From a phage: a DNA stretch of 64,000 nucleotides. The notes under the pieces were generated by a model. That model had not been told where the DNA came from. It was given only the letters and a program-made list of their open reading frames with translations, and searched no databases. Position numbers and translations under genes: made by a program. Shown one piece after another: positions 1 to 10,516 of the stretch (position 1 is its first letter; each line of letters starts with the position of its first letter). Location of the stretch: sequence record PZ674596.1. One strand, written 5' to 3'.

Positions 1-293
1 TGGATGGTGAAAGCATAGCCAGCCTTGCATCGTTATTTTCCGGTCGCTTGGAGGACAGGAAGATCATGCTTGTTCTGAGTGATGGCGCGCCGTGGGCTGT
101 TGGGAGAGGTTTTGACGCTCATTTGCGTTCAGTTGCGAAGCAAATTGAAACGCAGACTGATATTGATTTGATGGCAATTGGCATCATGACTGACGCACCG
201 GAGAGATTTTACTCAAATCATGCCCTGGTAACGAGCGTTGATAGTCTTGGTTCATCTGTAGTTACTGAACTATCTCGTATCATTTTAAAGTGA
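1..293 (+). CDS. vWA-domain protein, C-terminal fragment (CobT-like); 5' end lies outside window
   Basis: Open frame runs from window edge to stop at 293 (table ORF 48..293 is its tail); LVLSDGAP vWA-like motif; followed by an AAA ATPase as in phage cobT/cobS-like pairs. Confidence 0.4.
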   Translation, partial: DGESIASLASLFSGRLEDRKIMLVLSDGAPWAVGRGFDAHLRSVAKQIETQTDIDLMAIGIMTDAPERFYSNHALVTSVDSLGSSVVTELSRIILK

Positions 294-388
294 ACAAAAC
301 AGCCTTAATGATAAGTAACCACTTACGATAGATGATGATATATTTATATAAGAAGTTGAACGCTCATTAGAGAACAAAGGAAAAACGC

Positions 389-1624
389 ATGACGACTACT
401 GCACTGCAAAATGAAAAAAATCCTTCTGATTACCTTGTTTGCAAGTGGTGCGGCAAATCATTTCACTATTTTAAGTCCCATGTAGCCAATGGTAATTGCG
501 AGGGCATTCCTGAGTCAGTAAAAGATGCCGATCCTGACACCGTACTGAAAATGTACACAACGCAGTTTCCAGATGAACCAACGCTATCGAAAAAGGCACT
601 TGATGCAATTCAAGCTAAACGTGCCGAGCAAAAAAGCGAAATGGCCAAATCTTCTGGCTTGACCAGTAGCCCTGGCTACACAGGCACAGTTGAGTACAAG
701 ACAGATCTGGTCGCAGCTCACGAACTGCTAAACGTAACGGTGGAAGAACTCGGAACAAAACGTGGGACGCCGCTCATGGTTAGCGTCAACGTCAATACGC
801 CGTATCCAGAGTTCGTTCCCGAAGTGAAGAAAGGCTACGTATATGGCGACTTCGAACTGATCAAAGATATTTTCATGATGCTTGAACTTGGCATACCTGG
901 CTATTTGTGGGGTCATGCAGGAACAGGCAAATCGTCATTGCCTACACAGCTATGTGCTTTGCTCAATCGTCCGTTGATCCGTGCCCAACATACAGCATCA
1001 ATGGAAGAGGCACATGTTACGGGGCAAATTCTGGCGCGTGATGGCTCTACGTATTTCGAACCTGGCTTGCTTGCGCTCGCAATGAAGCATGGCTGGGTTT
1101 ACCTCGCGGATGAATACGACTTTGCGTTTCCACAAATTCTTGGCGTGTATCAGCCAGTGCTGGAAGGTGAAGCGTTGGTCATCAAAGAGGCAACTCCAGA
1201 ATGGCGTCGCATTACTCCGCATGAACGGTTTGCTTTCATTGGCACTGGCAACACGAACGGATCTGGTGATGAAACCGGCTTGTACCAGGGTACAAACATC
1301 CAGAACGCCGCGAACTTTTCGCGTTTTGGCATCGTTTCGAATGTGAAATACATGAGCAAAGACGCAGAGATCAACATGCTGACAAATGCAGGCATCGTGG
1401 ATGAATACGCTGAAAAGATGGTTAAGTTTGCCGGTATCGTTCGCGATGGATACGAAGAACACCTCATTAGTCAGCCAATTGGCCCTCGTGAACTTTTGTT
1501 GTCGGCCAAGATTGGAATGATGCGAGGCGACTTTGTGACAGGTATTGAGCGTTCTTTCATTAACAAACTCCCTTCAGCTTCTGCACAAGCGGCTCGTGAA
1601 GTTGTTCAAAAAATATTTGGTTAA
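389..1624 (+). CDS. AAA+ ATPase, CobS/MoxR-like
   Basis: 411 aa; ATG after AAAGGAAAAACGC; Walker A GHAGTGKSS; N-terminal CxxC...C zinc-ribbon-like motif. Confidence 0.6.
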   Translation: MTTTALQNEKNPSDYLVCKWCGKSFHYFKSHVANGNCEGIPESVKDADPDTVLKMYTTQFPDEPTLSKKALDAIQAKRAEQKSEMAKSSGLTSSPGYTGTVEYKTDLVAAHELLNVTVEELGTKRGTPLMVSVNVNTPYPEFVPEVKKGYVYGDFELIKDIFMMLELGIPGYLWGHAGTGKSSLPTQLCALLNRPLIRAQHTASMEEAHVTGQILARDGSTYFEPGLLALAMKHGWVYLADEYDFAFPQILGVYQPVLEGEALVIKEATPEWRRITPHERFAFIGTGNTNGSGDETGLYQGTNIQNAANFSRFGIVSNVKYMSKDAEINMLTNAGIVDEYAEKMVKFAGIVRDGYEEHLISQPIGPRELLLSAKIGMMRGDFVTGIERSFINKLPSASAQAAREVVQKIFG

Positions 1625-1804
1625 TCGTGCGTAAAGGATGTTTCGGCTCTCTTATCGCTGCTTCTGAAACTGGTAAGGCTTGTCTGGTGTGTCCAGACAA
1701 GCCCGATTGTCACCAATCAGCAAAAGAAGTTGCGATTTCGATGCATGGGAAGTTCGTAGGCTTCCCCAATGACAAAATCAAAAAAACCAGAAAGGTAAAA
1801 ACAC

Positions 1805-4800
1805 ATGAAGGCACTGATGGTTCGAACTGACTTCTCACTTGGGGAGTCGGCTCTAAAAGCAGAAAACGCGGTGAAGATTGCCAGAGAAGCTGGCTACACC
1901 GCTGTAATTTCAGCAGATAGCATGAATATTGCGAGCGTTATTCCACTACAACGTGCCGCTGGTGACGACATGGCGGTTATTTGTGGTGTGAAACTAAACA
2001 TTGTTGATGATCCCACATACGAGCACCGGGCTAAACTTGCTAAAGAATCTATGAGATGTATGGAATCATTAGAGCGAGGACGTAACTACTCGTTTACCGC
2101 TCTAATTAAAAATGAGAAAGGATATCGCGACATCTGCGAACTAATGACGGCGGCCAACACACGAGAACAGTTCTACTTTGTACCGCGTCTCTCGCTCGAA
2201 CAGTTGGTTTCTACATATGCCAAAGGCAACATCATCCTGCTTACTTCCGACATCGGTAGCGTGTTCCAACGCAACGATTTTGCAAAAATCATAAGCACAC
2301 TGATTACAGCGGGTGGAAAAGACAACTTCTATAGTGTGGTTTATCCGCACCCTACCCCATTCTACGACCAGATTAACGTCCGGGCGATGAAAGTCGCCAG
2401 CGCATTGAAAATAGAGCCAGTGGCGTTCTATCCCGCTTATTACGAATCGATCGACGATGCAGACATTAAAGACATTGCGCACATGGTTACGAACAACATC
2501 AAAATCGACCAGCCGCATCGTCTGCGTATCCCCCACCAGCGAGATAACGCCGTCAATGGTCGCCGCCATCTCCTTGAGGCGCTTAAAGCCTTCTCCGTTC
2601 GCATGGATGTGCCGGTAACAGCTGCAATGGCCTCAACAACGCAGGATACCATTATCGATGCCTGCACATGGCGCTGGCATGAATTGCCGCCAGCACTGCC
2701 AAAGATGGCAGACGACGAGCCTGCAACGCTGATGAAACTGGCTGTTGCAGGGCTGCGTAAACGTCTTACCACAAAAGAGTTTGGATACACACCACCTGCT
2801 TCTGAGAACAGGGTTTATGTTGAGCGGCTAAAGTACGAAATGGACACGCTGACTCGCCTGGGATTCTGTGGTTACTTCCTGATGGTACGCGATCTGATGA
2901 ATCACAGCCGTGAAACTGGCATTCCTGTCGGGCCTGGTCGTGGTTCCTCCGCTGGATCTCTGGTGGCATGGTGCATAGGCATAACCAACGTCGACCCAAT
3001 CCGTCACGGTCTTCTGTTTGAGCGTTTCATCAACCCTGAGCGTCTCGACTTGCCAGATGCGGATTTGGACTTCAGCCAGGCACGTCGCCATGAGGTGATC
3101 GAGTATCTGAATGAACGATACGGCGAAGATTACGTTGCAGGTATTCCTAACTTCACATATCTGGGCGCAGCCTCTGCACTACGTGACACCGCTCGTATTT
3201 ATGGTGTGGAGTCCGCAGATATGGCGGTATCAAAAGAGCTGAGGAACGTCGAGGATGATAGCCTTCCATTGGAAGAGCTGCGCGAACAACTGGCAAGTCT
3301 CGACAAATACGCGACAAAATACCCTGATGCATTCAATGCAGCCTGCAAGTTACAAAGCCTTATGCGTGGCTTTGGTAGACATGCGGCAGGGATGATTGTA
3401 GCAGGTGTTCCTCTGACAGAACGTACACCGGTTGAACGACGTGGTGACGCGCGTTGTATCGCATTTGACAAGCGTTACTGCGAGGCTATGGGCCTAATTA
3501 AGCTGGACGTGCTTGGCCTGGCAACTCTCGATTTGCTCGATAGTGCAAAACGCTACATAAAAGAGAACACAGGTGAAGATATCAATCTTGATGCCATTTC
3601 TCTTGAAGATCGCAAGGTGCTGGATGGTTTTGCTGCTGGGTACACTCAAGGTGTTTTCCAGCTTGAATCAGGCCCAATGCGCAAGCTGCTTAAAGATTTA
3701 GGTGGTGGAATTGAGCCAATGAGCTTTAAAACGGTCGTTGCTACGACTGCGCTCTTCCGGCCGGGGCCAATTCAGTCAGGCATGTTGGATGATTATGTTT
3801 CTGTCGCCAAAGGCTTTATGACGCCGGAATCATTACACCCCGTTCTTGATGAACTTACCGCAGAAACAAATGGCGTGATTCTTTATCAGGAACAGACGAT
3901 GAACGCGACTCGATTGCTTGCTGGCTTCACAATGGCTGAAGCTGACGGCGTTCGTAAAGCGATCGGCAAAAAAGACATGGAGAAAATGAAGAGCATGGGT
4001 GAGAAGTTCATCGTTCAGGCTCAAGCTGGCTGGATAGACGTTGAGCTGGAAGATGGCACTACACAGCGCATTCACCGTGCGGAACATTTTAAATGCGAAG
4101 ACGGAACACTGAAAACTGTCGAAGAGGCACTTGAGTACGGCGCAAAACTACCTATAAACGCAGTACGCGTTACAGCGTCACATCCAGGGCTATCAGAGAT
4201 GAAAGCGAAGGAGATCTGGACCGCATTCGAAAAGAATGGTGCCTACCAGTTCAACAAATCACACTCTGTTGCTTACTCCTTAATCAGTTATCAATCTATG
4301 TGGTTGAAAACTCATTATCCCGCAGAGTTTTTCGCTGCTGCTCTCACTATTCTTGGCGAAGATAAACACCAGGGGCTGGTTAAAGATGCGCTGACCTATG
4401 GTATTCGCGTATTGCCACCAGACGTTAACGTGTCATCTAACCGAATCGAGATCCGCACGCTTGAAGATGGCAGCCAGGTGCTGTATGCGCCCTTCTCTGC
4501 TGTGAAAGGGTGTTCTGAGAATGGCTGCCAAGCCATCATGAGAGCGCGAGAAAAAGTTGGCGGCAAATTCGAGTCACTGGCGCAATTCGAAGAAGCTGTC
4601 GAGAAACGTGCCTGTAATAGTCGAGTGCGCGAATCACTGCAAAAAGTAGGTGCGTTTGCATCCATCGAGCCAGGTAGTCTGCCAGCAACTGATCCAGAGC
4701 GTCTCCGCGACCAGGCTGAATTGATGGGAAACCTTGTCATAGACGCAGTTAAAGCCTCACGTCCGTTTGAGATGAACCCCAAACGTTCGGCTGAAATTAA

Positions 4801-5323
4801 CGCACTCATGACACGGATGGCGGCTGAAATGGGCTTAGGTGATGAACTAATCCGCCCCAGCATTGGTATTAAGCCGAAAATCATGATCATTCTGGACAAT
4901 GCGAACGGCAATGATGCTCGAACCGGTTACTTCATGGAGAACGGATACGACGACTTTAAGGCCAAGCTATTGACGGCTGGAGATTTACGCATGGGCGATC
5001 TCTATGTCACAGGCGTTTGCAAGAAGGTTAAAGACAAAGAAAAAGACTACACCAAAGACGAGATCGGCCAGTTCACCGACTTTATACGTGAAGAGATCAA
5101 TCTGGTGCGTCCGACCTATGTGCTGACGTGTGGCAGCCGGGCAACGGCATTGTTTAACAACAAAAACAAGCCATCCGATTTGGTCGGCAGGAAGGAGTAT
5201 CTTCCAGACCTTGACGTTACTGTCTTTTACGGGTTTAACCCCAACATTCTTTACTTCAGACCTGAAGAGGGAGAACGACTAGAAGCGATATTAGCCGACG
5301 TAGCAGAAACTATTAAGACGTGA
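1805..5323 (+). CDS. dnaE: DNA polymerase III alpha-subunit-like replicative polymerase (DnaE family) with divergent C-terminal ~170 aa
   Basis: 1172 aa; conserved DnaE core GYFLMVRDL...GPGRGSSAGSLVAWCIGIT..DPI..GLLFERFINPER; RBS AAAGGTAAAAACAC before ATG. Confidence 0.9.
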   Translation: MKALMVRTDFSLGESALKAENAVKIAREAGYTAVISADSMNIASVIPLQRAAGDDMAVICGVKLNIVDDPTYEHRAKLAKESMRCMESLERGRNYSFTALIKNEKGYRDICELMTAANTREQFYFVPRLSLEQLVSTYAKGNIILLTSDIGSVFQRNDFAKIISTLITAGGKDNFYSVVYPHPTPFYDQINVRAMKVASALKIEPVAFYPAYYESIDDADIKDIAHMVTNNIKIDQPHRLRIPHQRDNAVNGRRHLLEALKAFSVRMDVPVTAAMASTTQDTIIDACTWRWHELPPALPKMADDEPATLMKLAVAGLRKRLTTKEFGYTPPASENRVYVERLKYEMDTLTRLGFCGYFLMVRDLMNHSRETGIPVGPGRGSSAGSLVAWCIGITNVDPIRHGLLFERFINPERLDLPDADLDFSQARRHEVIEYLNERYGEDYVAGIPNFTYLGAASALRDTARIYGVESADMAVSKELRNVEDDSLPLEELREQLASLDKYATKYPDAFNAACKLQSLMRGFGRHAAGMIVAGVPLTERTPVERRGDARCIAFDKRYCEAMGLIKLDVLGLATLDLLDSAKRYIKENTGEDINLDAISLEDRKVLDGFAAGYTQGVFQLESGPMRKLLKDLGGGIEPMSFKTVVATTALFRPGPIQSGMLDDYVSVAKGFMTPESLHPVLDELTAETNGVILYQEQTMNATRLLAGFTMAEADGVRKAIGKKDMEKMKSMGEKFIVQAQAGWIDVELEDGTTQRIHRAEHFKCEDGTLKTVEEALEYGAKLPINAVRVTASHPGLSEMKAKEIWTAFEKNGAYQFNKSHSVAYSLISYQSMWLKTHYPAEFFAAALTILGEDKHQGLVKDALTYGIRVLPPDVNVSSNRIEIRTLEDGSQVLYAPFSAVKGCSENGCQAIMRAREKVGGKFESLAQFEEAVEKRACNSRVRESLQKVGAFASIEPGSLPATDPERLRDQAELMGNLVIDAVKASRPFEMNPKRSAEINALMTRMAAEMGLGDELIRPSIGIKPKIMIILDNANGNDARTGYFMENGYDDFKAKLLTAGDLRMGDLYVTGVCKKVKDKEKDYTKDEIGQFTDFIREEINLVRPTYVLTCGSRATALFNNKNKPSDLVGRKEYLPDLDVTVFYGFNPNILYFRPEEGERLEAILADVAETIKT

Positions 5324-5448
5324 TCCCATAAACATGGCCTCTATGGCCATGTTTTCCCTTATCCCCTCATATCCCCTATCCTCGAACTCCTTGCCTTATC
5401 ATCACAATGATATAATCAATATAAGATGATAAGTAAAAAGGAAAGCAC

Positions 5449-5880
5449 ATGATCACCGATATTTACGAGAAAATAATGTCTGATCTCGAGTTTGACCGAG
5501 ACAATCTGGAGGAAGTCTGGCGTAGACAACCCCGCCTTTTAATGGAGTATGGCTCAAAACTCGCTCATGCAGAAAGAAGTGTCGCAGAGGCAAAACTTAA
5601 CCTTGAAGCTGTTGAAGCAAAGCTATACGACACAGAGCGTAAGAACTTGAGTATGAACGGCATTAAGTTCAACGAATCTGTACTGGACGCTAAGGTTAAA
5701 ACAAACCCACAGTATCTGTCTAAACGGCAGAAGTTGGATGAAGCACGGCACATCGCAGACATATACAAACATGCTGTCGCCGCCTTTTCGCATCGCCGAG
5801 ACATGATCGTTCAGGCGTCAAAGATGGCCATCGTTGAATTAGAGCGATTAGGCTCTGAACGCTTTATTACTCCCCGTTGA
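5449..5880 (+). CDS. hypothetical protein (possible UvsY-like recombination mediator)
   Basis: 143 aa helical/charged protein; start context AAAAGGAAAGCACATG; lies between polymerase and SSB/RecA-like genes; homology not verifiable here. Confidence 0.45.
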   Translation: MITDIYEKIMSDLEFDRDNLEEVWRRQPRLLMEYGSKLAHAERSVAEAKLNLEAVEAKLYDTERKNLSMNGIKFNESVLDAKVKTNPQYLSKRQKLDEARHIADIYKHAVAAFSHRRDMIVQASKMAIVELERLGSERFITPR

Positions 5881-5997
5881 TTTTTGATAGATAATAAGTA
5901 AGTACTGATCTATCATTTAACAGCTCGAAAGAGCCACGAATGAACGAAAGCCCAACGCGCATAGCGCCATCGGCCAAATCACAACAAGGAGAAACAC

Positions 5998-7026
5998 ATG
6001 TCTAAGACATTACTTGATTTGCTTAACAAAACTCGTGAAGACATTGCCGCCAAACGTGGTAACAACGTTGATCTGACTCGCTTAAAAGACGGCGTCAACT
6101 ATATTCGCATCTTCCCGAATAAAGACGACCCAAACGGTAAGTTCTTCCAGACTTTCGGTATGCACTACGTTAAGTATCAGAACGAGGAAGGTAAAGAAGC
6201 AACCAACGCTTATATTTGTGAGCAACATACTCACGGTCGCGCTTGTCAGCTATGCGAAATGGTGATGGAAGGTCGCGCTCGTCACAAGGGTAACAAAGCA
6301 ATGGAAGAACGCATCGGTCAAATGCGTGCCACTCCTCGCTACCTGGTCAACGGCATTCTTTCTGCTCGTGAGGATTTCGCAGATGCTGAGAAATGCCAGT
6401 TAATCGAGCTGCCGTCTACTGTATTCGATGATATCTGCAAAGCAATCACCGAAGACATCGCTGATGATATCGGCAATCCACTGAGCAAAGAGGAAGGCTA
6501 CGCATTCCTGATTAAACGTACTGGCTCTGGTCGCGATACCAAATATGACGTCTCGCCTAAGCGTAAAGTCTACAAAGGCGATATCGAAGATAAATTCTGG
6601 AATACCCAGCATGATCTGATCGCATACGCAAATCAGGCTGATGAAACTCGTCTTCTGTCGACAGTTCGCACTATGGGTCGTCTGATTGGCATCGCTGCAC
6701 CAACTGCCGCAGCATCTGCACCAGCAATTTCCTCAACCGCGAAAACATCGGCTGCGGCACTACCTGGATTTGGCTCTGTCACTGGTCATACGGAGGGTGC
6801 GACTGCTGTAGCTACCGCTCATACCCCAGCTTCTGAACCAACCAGTCTGGTTGATGAAGAAATCCTCCGTGCCGTTGAAACTGAATTTAAACCAGAAGCA
6901 AGTCCCGCTGCCGTTGCAGTATCAGTCAAAGAGTCTGAAGCAGTCGCAGCGACATCTGTAGCAGCCGCATCTGCGACGGAAGATGAAGGTCTGGATGACC
7001 TACTGAGAGAGCTGGACTCTCTGTAA
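5998..7026 (+). CDS. ssDNA-binding protein, T4 gp32-like
   Basis: 342 aa; His/Cys zinc-site-like cluster CEQHTHGRACQLC; Ala/Ser/Thr-rich linker; acidic C-terminal tail DEGLDDLLRELDSL. Confidence 0.65.
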   Translation: MSKTLLDLLNKTREDIAAKRGNNVDLTRLKDGVNYIRIFPNKDDPNGKFFQTFGMHYVKYQNEEGKEATNAYICEQHTHGRACQLCEMVMEGRARHKGNKAMEERIGQMRATPRYLVNGILSAREDFADAEKCQLIELPSTVFDDICKAITEDIADDIGNPLSKEEGYAFLIKRTGSGRDTKYDVSPKRKVYKGDIEDKFWNTQHDLIAYANQADETRLLSTVRTMGRLIGIAAPTAAASAPAISSTAKTSAAALPGFGSVTGHTEGATAVATAHTPASEPTSLVDEEILRAVETEFKPEASPAAVAVSVKESEAVAATSVAAASATEDEGLDDLLRELDSL

Positions 7027-7043
7027 TCCCATTACGTGACCAG

Positions 7044-7072
7044 TAAGGCGTCTACGGACGCCTTACTTTTTG
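7044..7072 (+). terminator. Rho-independent terminator after SSB gene
   Basis: Hairpin TAAGGCGTC-tac-GGACGCCTTA followed by CTTTTT. Confidence 0.6.
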
Positions 7073-7086
7073 GAAGGAATGTACCG

Positions 7087-8031
7087 GTGAATTATCTCTT
7101 CGTAGATGGCAATAGCCTGGGTTATTACCACCAACAATCTGACAAATTGCACAACGGCGAAATGGAAGTACAGGCTGCTTTCGGCTTTGTTAAGAACGTC
7201 CGTCGTTATGCCTCCATCCTCCATGCCCGACCTATGATTCTTTGGGATGGATTTAGTGACAAGCGCCGCGACTTTTACCCGGACTACAAAGCAAATCGCG
7301 ACGACGATCCTGATATGAAAAAGATGAAGGAAGGCTTTGCTATCCAGAAGCCATACATCCTCAAAATGATGACCGCGCTTGGAGTTACCCAACTCATTGC
7401 AAAAGATGCAGAAGCGGATGATCTGGCCGGGCTGCTGGTAGCCAGCATTGCACCGCAGCCAATCGTTGAACACATCTATCTGTTAACAGGCGATAGCGAC
7501 TGGCTTCAGTTAGTTCGCGAAAACGTAAGCTGGGTAAGCCTGCGCGAAGACGCCAAAAACAAGCAGGTTAATTTTGAGCAATTTGCGGAACTGACAGGAT
7601 TCGCTACTCCTCGCGCATTTTTGGAAGCAAAAGCATTACAAGGCGATAACTCGGACAACATTAGCGGTGTTGGTGGCATTGGTGCTGGCGGTGCGAAAGA
7701 GCTGCTGCATGAATGGGGAAGTGTCGCAACGATGGTACGCGGCATCAACGACGGCTCAATCGTGGTTGACAAAGGACGCCATAAGACCGCCTTCAACAAA
7801 CTAGCGAAGAATGCCTTCAACGAGAAAACAGGCTGTCGAATGCTCGAAGCGTTCAAGAGAAACATCACGCTAATGAACCTGATTGAGACGAAGTTTCCGC
7901 CTACCGAAATCGAAACAATCAAAGGCAATCGTGACGTGAAAGCATTCGAGCAACTGTGCTACGAGCTGAATTTCCGTTCGTTCCTTGAAGACCTTGAAGT
8001 GTTTGTTCTTCCATTCGAAAGGTATTGCTAA
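7087..8031 (+). CDS. 5'-3' exonuclease / flap endonuclease (T4 RNase H / T5 D15-like)
   Basis: FVDGNSLGYY N-terminal nuclease motif and H3TH motif GDNSDNISGVGGIGAGGAKELL; start placed at in-frame GTG 7087 after GGAAGGA, because table start 7036 lies inside the upstream terminator hairpin. Confidence 0.8.
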   Translation: MNYLFVDGNSLGYYHQQSDKLHNGEMEVQAAFGFVKNVRRYASILHARPMILWDGFSDKRRDFYPDYKANRDDDPDMKKMKEGFAIQKPYILKMMTALGVTQLIAKDAEADDLAGLLVASIAPQPIVEHIYLLTGDSDWLQLVRENVSWVSLREDAKNKQVNFEQFAELTGFATPRAFLEAKALQGDNSDNISGVGGIGAGGAKELLHEWGSVATMVRGINDGSIVVDKGRHKTAFNKLAKNAFNEKTGCRMLEAFKRNITLMNLIETKFPPTEIETIKGNRDVKAFEQLCYELNFRSFLEDLEVFVLPFERYC

Positions 8032-8297
8032 TGCTTAAATCGATTATCAATGGCGCTACAACCACCCCTGCCCAACTGGCAAAAGAAATTGTCTTTTATC
8101 ACGGTGAGTACGCTGTCATCGCACTGCCGTCAATTCTAGGCGCTGCCGGAATGAAAGCGACAGATCGCGAGTTTGGATTAGTCAGCGAGCAGGTCGTAAA
8201 AATCCTCGCTCGTGTATCCAGACTCCTTAACCACGATGCGATTGTATTCGACGAATCCGCCGCTTTAAAACGAATCAACGAAACAAAAGGAGCCTGA
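8031..8297 (+). CDS. hypothetical protein
   Basis: 88 aa from ATG overlapping upstream stop (TAATG); table ORF starts 6 nt earlier at TTG. Confidence 0.4.
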   Translation: MLKSIINGATTTPAQLAKEIVFYHGEYAVIALPSILGAAGMKATDREFGLVSEQVVKILARVSRLLNHDAIVFDESAALKRINETKGA

Positions 8298-8299
8298 TC

Positions 8300-9373
8300 A
8301 TGGCAAAAGGAAAATCCGCACTGGCACTTGCTCTGAAAAAGAAAATCGGTAGCAACGACGAAATTCAGAAAGTAACTCATTGGATTGATACAGGCTTTCC
8401 ACCGTTAAACAAAGCTATTTCTGGTCGTTACGATGGCGGCTTCCCATGTGGTCGTATCGTCGAAGTATTCGGTCCTCCAAGTGCAGGGAAAACGTTCCTT
8501 GCAACAGCAGCGATGATCTCCGCTCAAAAACAAGATGGTCTGGCGGTATTCCTCGATCATGAAAACAGTTTTGACGTTGGCCTGGCTGTAGCCAATGGCC
8601 TGAACGCAGATGAGGATGACGGTCAGTGGGTATACAAGCAGCCTGATACCTTCGAAGACTCTGTAGAGTTGATCGGCACAATTCTTAAATTGGTACGTGA
8701 TGAAGAGCTTATTCCTGAATCAGCACCTATCTGTATCGTGGCTGACTCACTTGCGTCTATGGTTCCGAACTCCAAAGCCGAGAAGTTCGAAAAGATGGCT
8801 GAAGGCACTGCCAAAGACAAAGATCAGCTAAACATGAACGACAATACGGCACTGGCTCGTGCGACAAGTGCGAACTTCCCTACTCTGGCTTTGTGGGCAC
8901 GCAAATACAACGCCTGCATCATCTTCTTGAATCAGGTTCGCACAAAAATCGGTGTAATGTTTGGCGACCCTACTACGTCGCCAGGTGGAGATTCACCGAA
9001 GTTCTACGCTTCTGTACGTATCCGTCTTGGTGCATCGGTGATGAAGGATGGTAAAGAGAAGATCGGCCAGGACGTAGGCGCAGAATGCATCAAAAACAAA
9101 GTTGCACCACCGTATGGCAAATGCACCTGGAAATTCTACTTCGATCCTACTCGTGGCCTCGACGTTATCGAATCGCTCGTCGAGTACATGCTGGAAGAAG
9201 GATACCTGCCAAAGAACGCCAGCGGGCGAGTTGAAATTGGTGACAAGAAATACACCAAATCGCAGATCGTCGAGATGTATCGGGAGAAGCCACTGGCTGA
9301 AATCATTGCGGCTTTGCAGGCAATCGACGACCGAAGAGCAAAAGACAACCCCACCGAGTCAGTAGAAGAGTAA
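8300..9373 (+). CDS. RecA-family recombinase (UvsX/RecA-like)
   Basis: 357 aa; RecA-type Walker A VEVFGPPSAGKTFLA; RBS AAAGGAG. Confidence 0.75.
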   Translation: MAKGKSALALALKKKIGSNDEIQKVTHWIDTGFPPLNKAISGRYDGGFPCGRIVEVFGPPSAGKTFLATAAMISAQKQDGLAVFLDHENSFDVGLAVANGLNADEDDGQWVYKQPDTFEDSVELIGTILKLVRDEELIPESAPICIVADSLASMVPNSKAEKFEKMAEGTAKDKDQLNMNDNTALARATSANFPTLALWARKYNACIIFLNQVRTKIGVMFGDPTTSPGGDSPKFYASVRIRLGASVMKDGKEKIGQDVGAECIKNKVAPPYGKCTWKFYFDPTRGLDVIESLVEYMLEEGYLPKNASGRVEIGDKKYTKSQIVEMYREKPLAEIIAALQAIDDRRAKDNPTESVEE

Positions 9374-9377
9374 ACAC

Positions 9378-9402
9378 AAGGCGTCCACAGGACGCCTTTT
9401 TT
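9378..9402 (+). terminator. Rho-independent terminator
   Basis: AAGGCGTCC-aca-GGACGCCTT followed by TTTT. Confidence 0.7.
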
Positions 9403-9465
9403 ATCTCTTGAAAATATATAAGTACTTACTTATTATTTTCGCATAACAACCACATAGGAAAACAC

Positions 9466-9666
9466 ATGATCAAAATCTATCTATTGGCAGTAGCCACAGG
9501 CGTTTCAGTGGCTCTCATCTACGGTTTACTGGTTCCGTCGCTGATTTCTACCAAGAGTGATTTAGCCGTCATGTTTGGAGTTATCGTTGGTTTTGGTGCT
9601 CCTGTAATCGGTCTTATTGCTGGTCGTAAGTTTATCAACTCATTAATCAAAGCAAAGGGGAAATAA
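9466..9666 (+). CDS. small hydrophobic membrane protein (possible NfeD-like partner of SPFH protein)
   Basis: 66 aa, two hydrophobic helices, basic C-terminus; 3 nt upstream of SPFH gene. Confidence 0.45.
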   Translation: MIKIYLLAVATGVSVALIYGLLVPSLISTKSDLAVMFGVIVGFGAPVIGLIAGRKFINSLIKAKGK

Positions 9667-9669
9667 GTA

Positions 9670-10500
9670 ATGAAGAAAGGTTTACTTGCAGTTGCTCTGG
9701 CGGCTATTTGCACAATGGGTCTTACTGGCTGTGATCGCGTGGAGCCTGGATACGTTGGCATCAAAGTAAACAAATTAGGTGAAGACAAAGGGATCGGTGA
9801 AGTGGTTGGCGTTGGTCGCCAATGGACAGGTCTTAACACCGAACTTTACGTATTCCCGACCTTCAAACAAATGAAGACCTACGACGAACCGTTCACATTC
9901 CAGATGAGTGACGGTACTGCTATTGGTCACAAAATTGGCGTTGCGTATCTGGTTAATCGTGACAAGGTAACGACGGTGTTCCAGACCTATCGCAAAGGCG
10001 TAGACGATATCACCGAATCAGATCTGCGTCAGAAAATTGCCGACTCTCTAAACCGTTTGGCCAGCCGTATGACCACTGACTCATTTATCGACGGTGGTAA
10101 GGCGCAATTGCTGGACAACGCACTGAAAGATATTCAGAAAGAGATGTCTCCGGTTGGTATTGAGGTACTGAGCCTGTCATGGGTTGGAAAGCCTGATTAC
10201 CCAAAAACCGTCATTGAATCTATCAACGCCAAAGTAACGGCTAACCAGCGTACTCTGCAACGTCAGCAGGAAGTTGAACAACGTAAAGCTGAGGCGAATA
10301 TGCTACGTGAACAGGCTAATGGTGAAGCTGATGCTATCCGTGCTCGTGCGCAAGCAGAAGCAGACGCCATTCGTCTGCGCGGTGAAGCTCTGCGTCAAAA
10401 CCCGAACGTTATGGAACTGGAAGCCATCAATAAATGGAATGGCCAGTTACCGCAGTACATGACTCAAGGGGCTAACACTCCTTTCATTACAGTGAAATAA
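9670..10500 (+). CDS. SPFH/band-7 (prohibitin/HflC-like) domain lipoprotein
   Basis: 276 aa; signal peptide with lipobox LTGC; C-terminal A/E/R/Q-rich coiled coil typical of SPFH proteins. Confidence 0.6.
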   Translation: MKKGLLAVALAAICTMGLTGCDRVEPGYVGIKVNKLGEDKGIGEVVGVGRQWTGLNTELYVFPTFKQMKTYDEPFTFQMSDGTAIGHKIGVAYLVNRDKVTTVFQTYRKGVDDITESDLRQKIADSLNRLASRMTTDSFIDGGKAQLLDNALKDIQKEMSPVGIEVLSLSWVGKPDYPKTVIESINAKVTANQRTLQRQQEVEQRKAEANMLREQANGEADAIRARAQAEADAIRLRGEALRQNPNVMELEAINKWNGQLPQYMTQGANTPFITVK

Positions 10501-10516
10501 CTCCCCTAAAAAGTTC

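Noticed and set aside
1627-1830. 67-aa Cys-containing ORF between the AAA ATPase gene and dnaE
   Set aside because: Depends on a GTG start with no clear RBS and overlaps the dnaE start; possibly real but not supportable.
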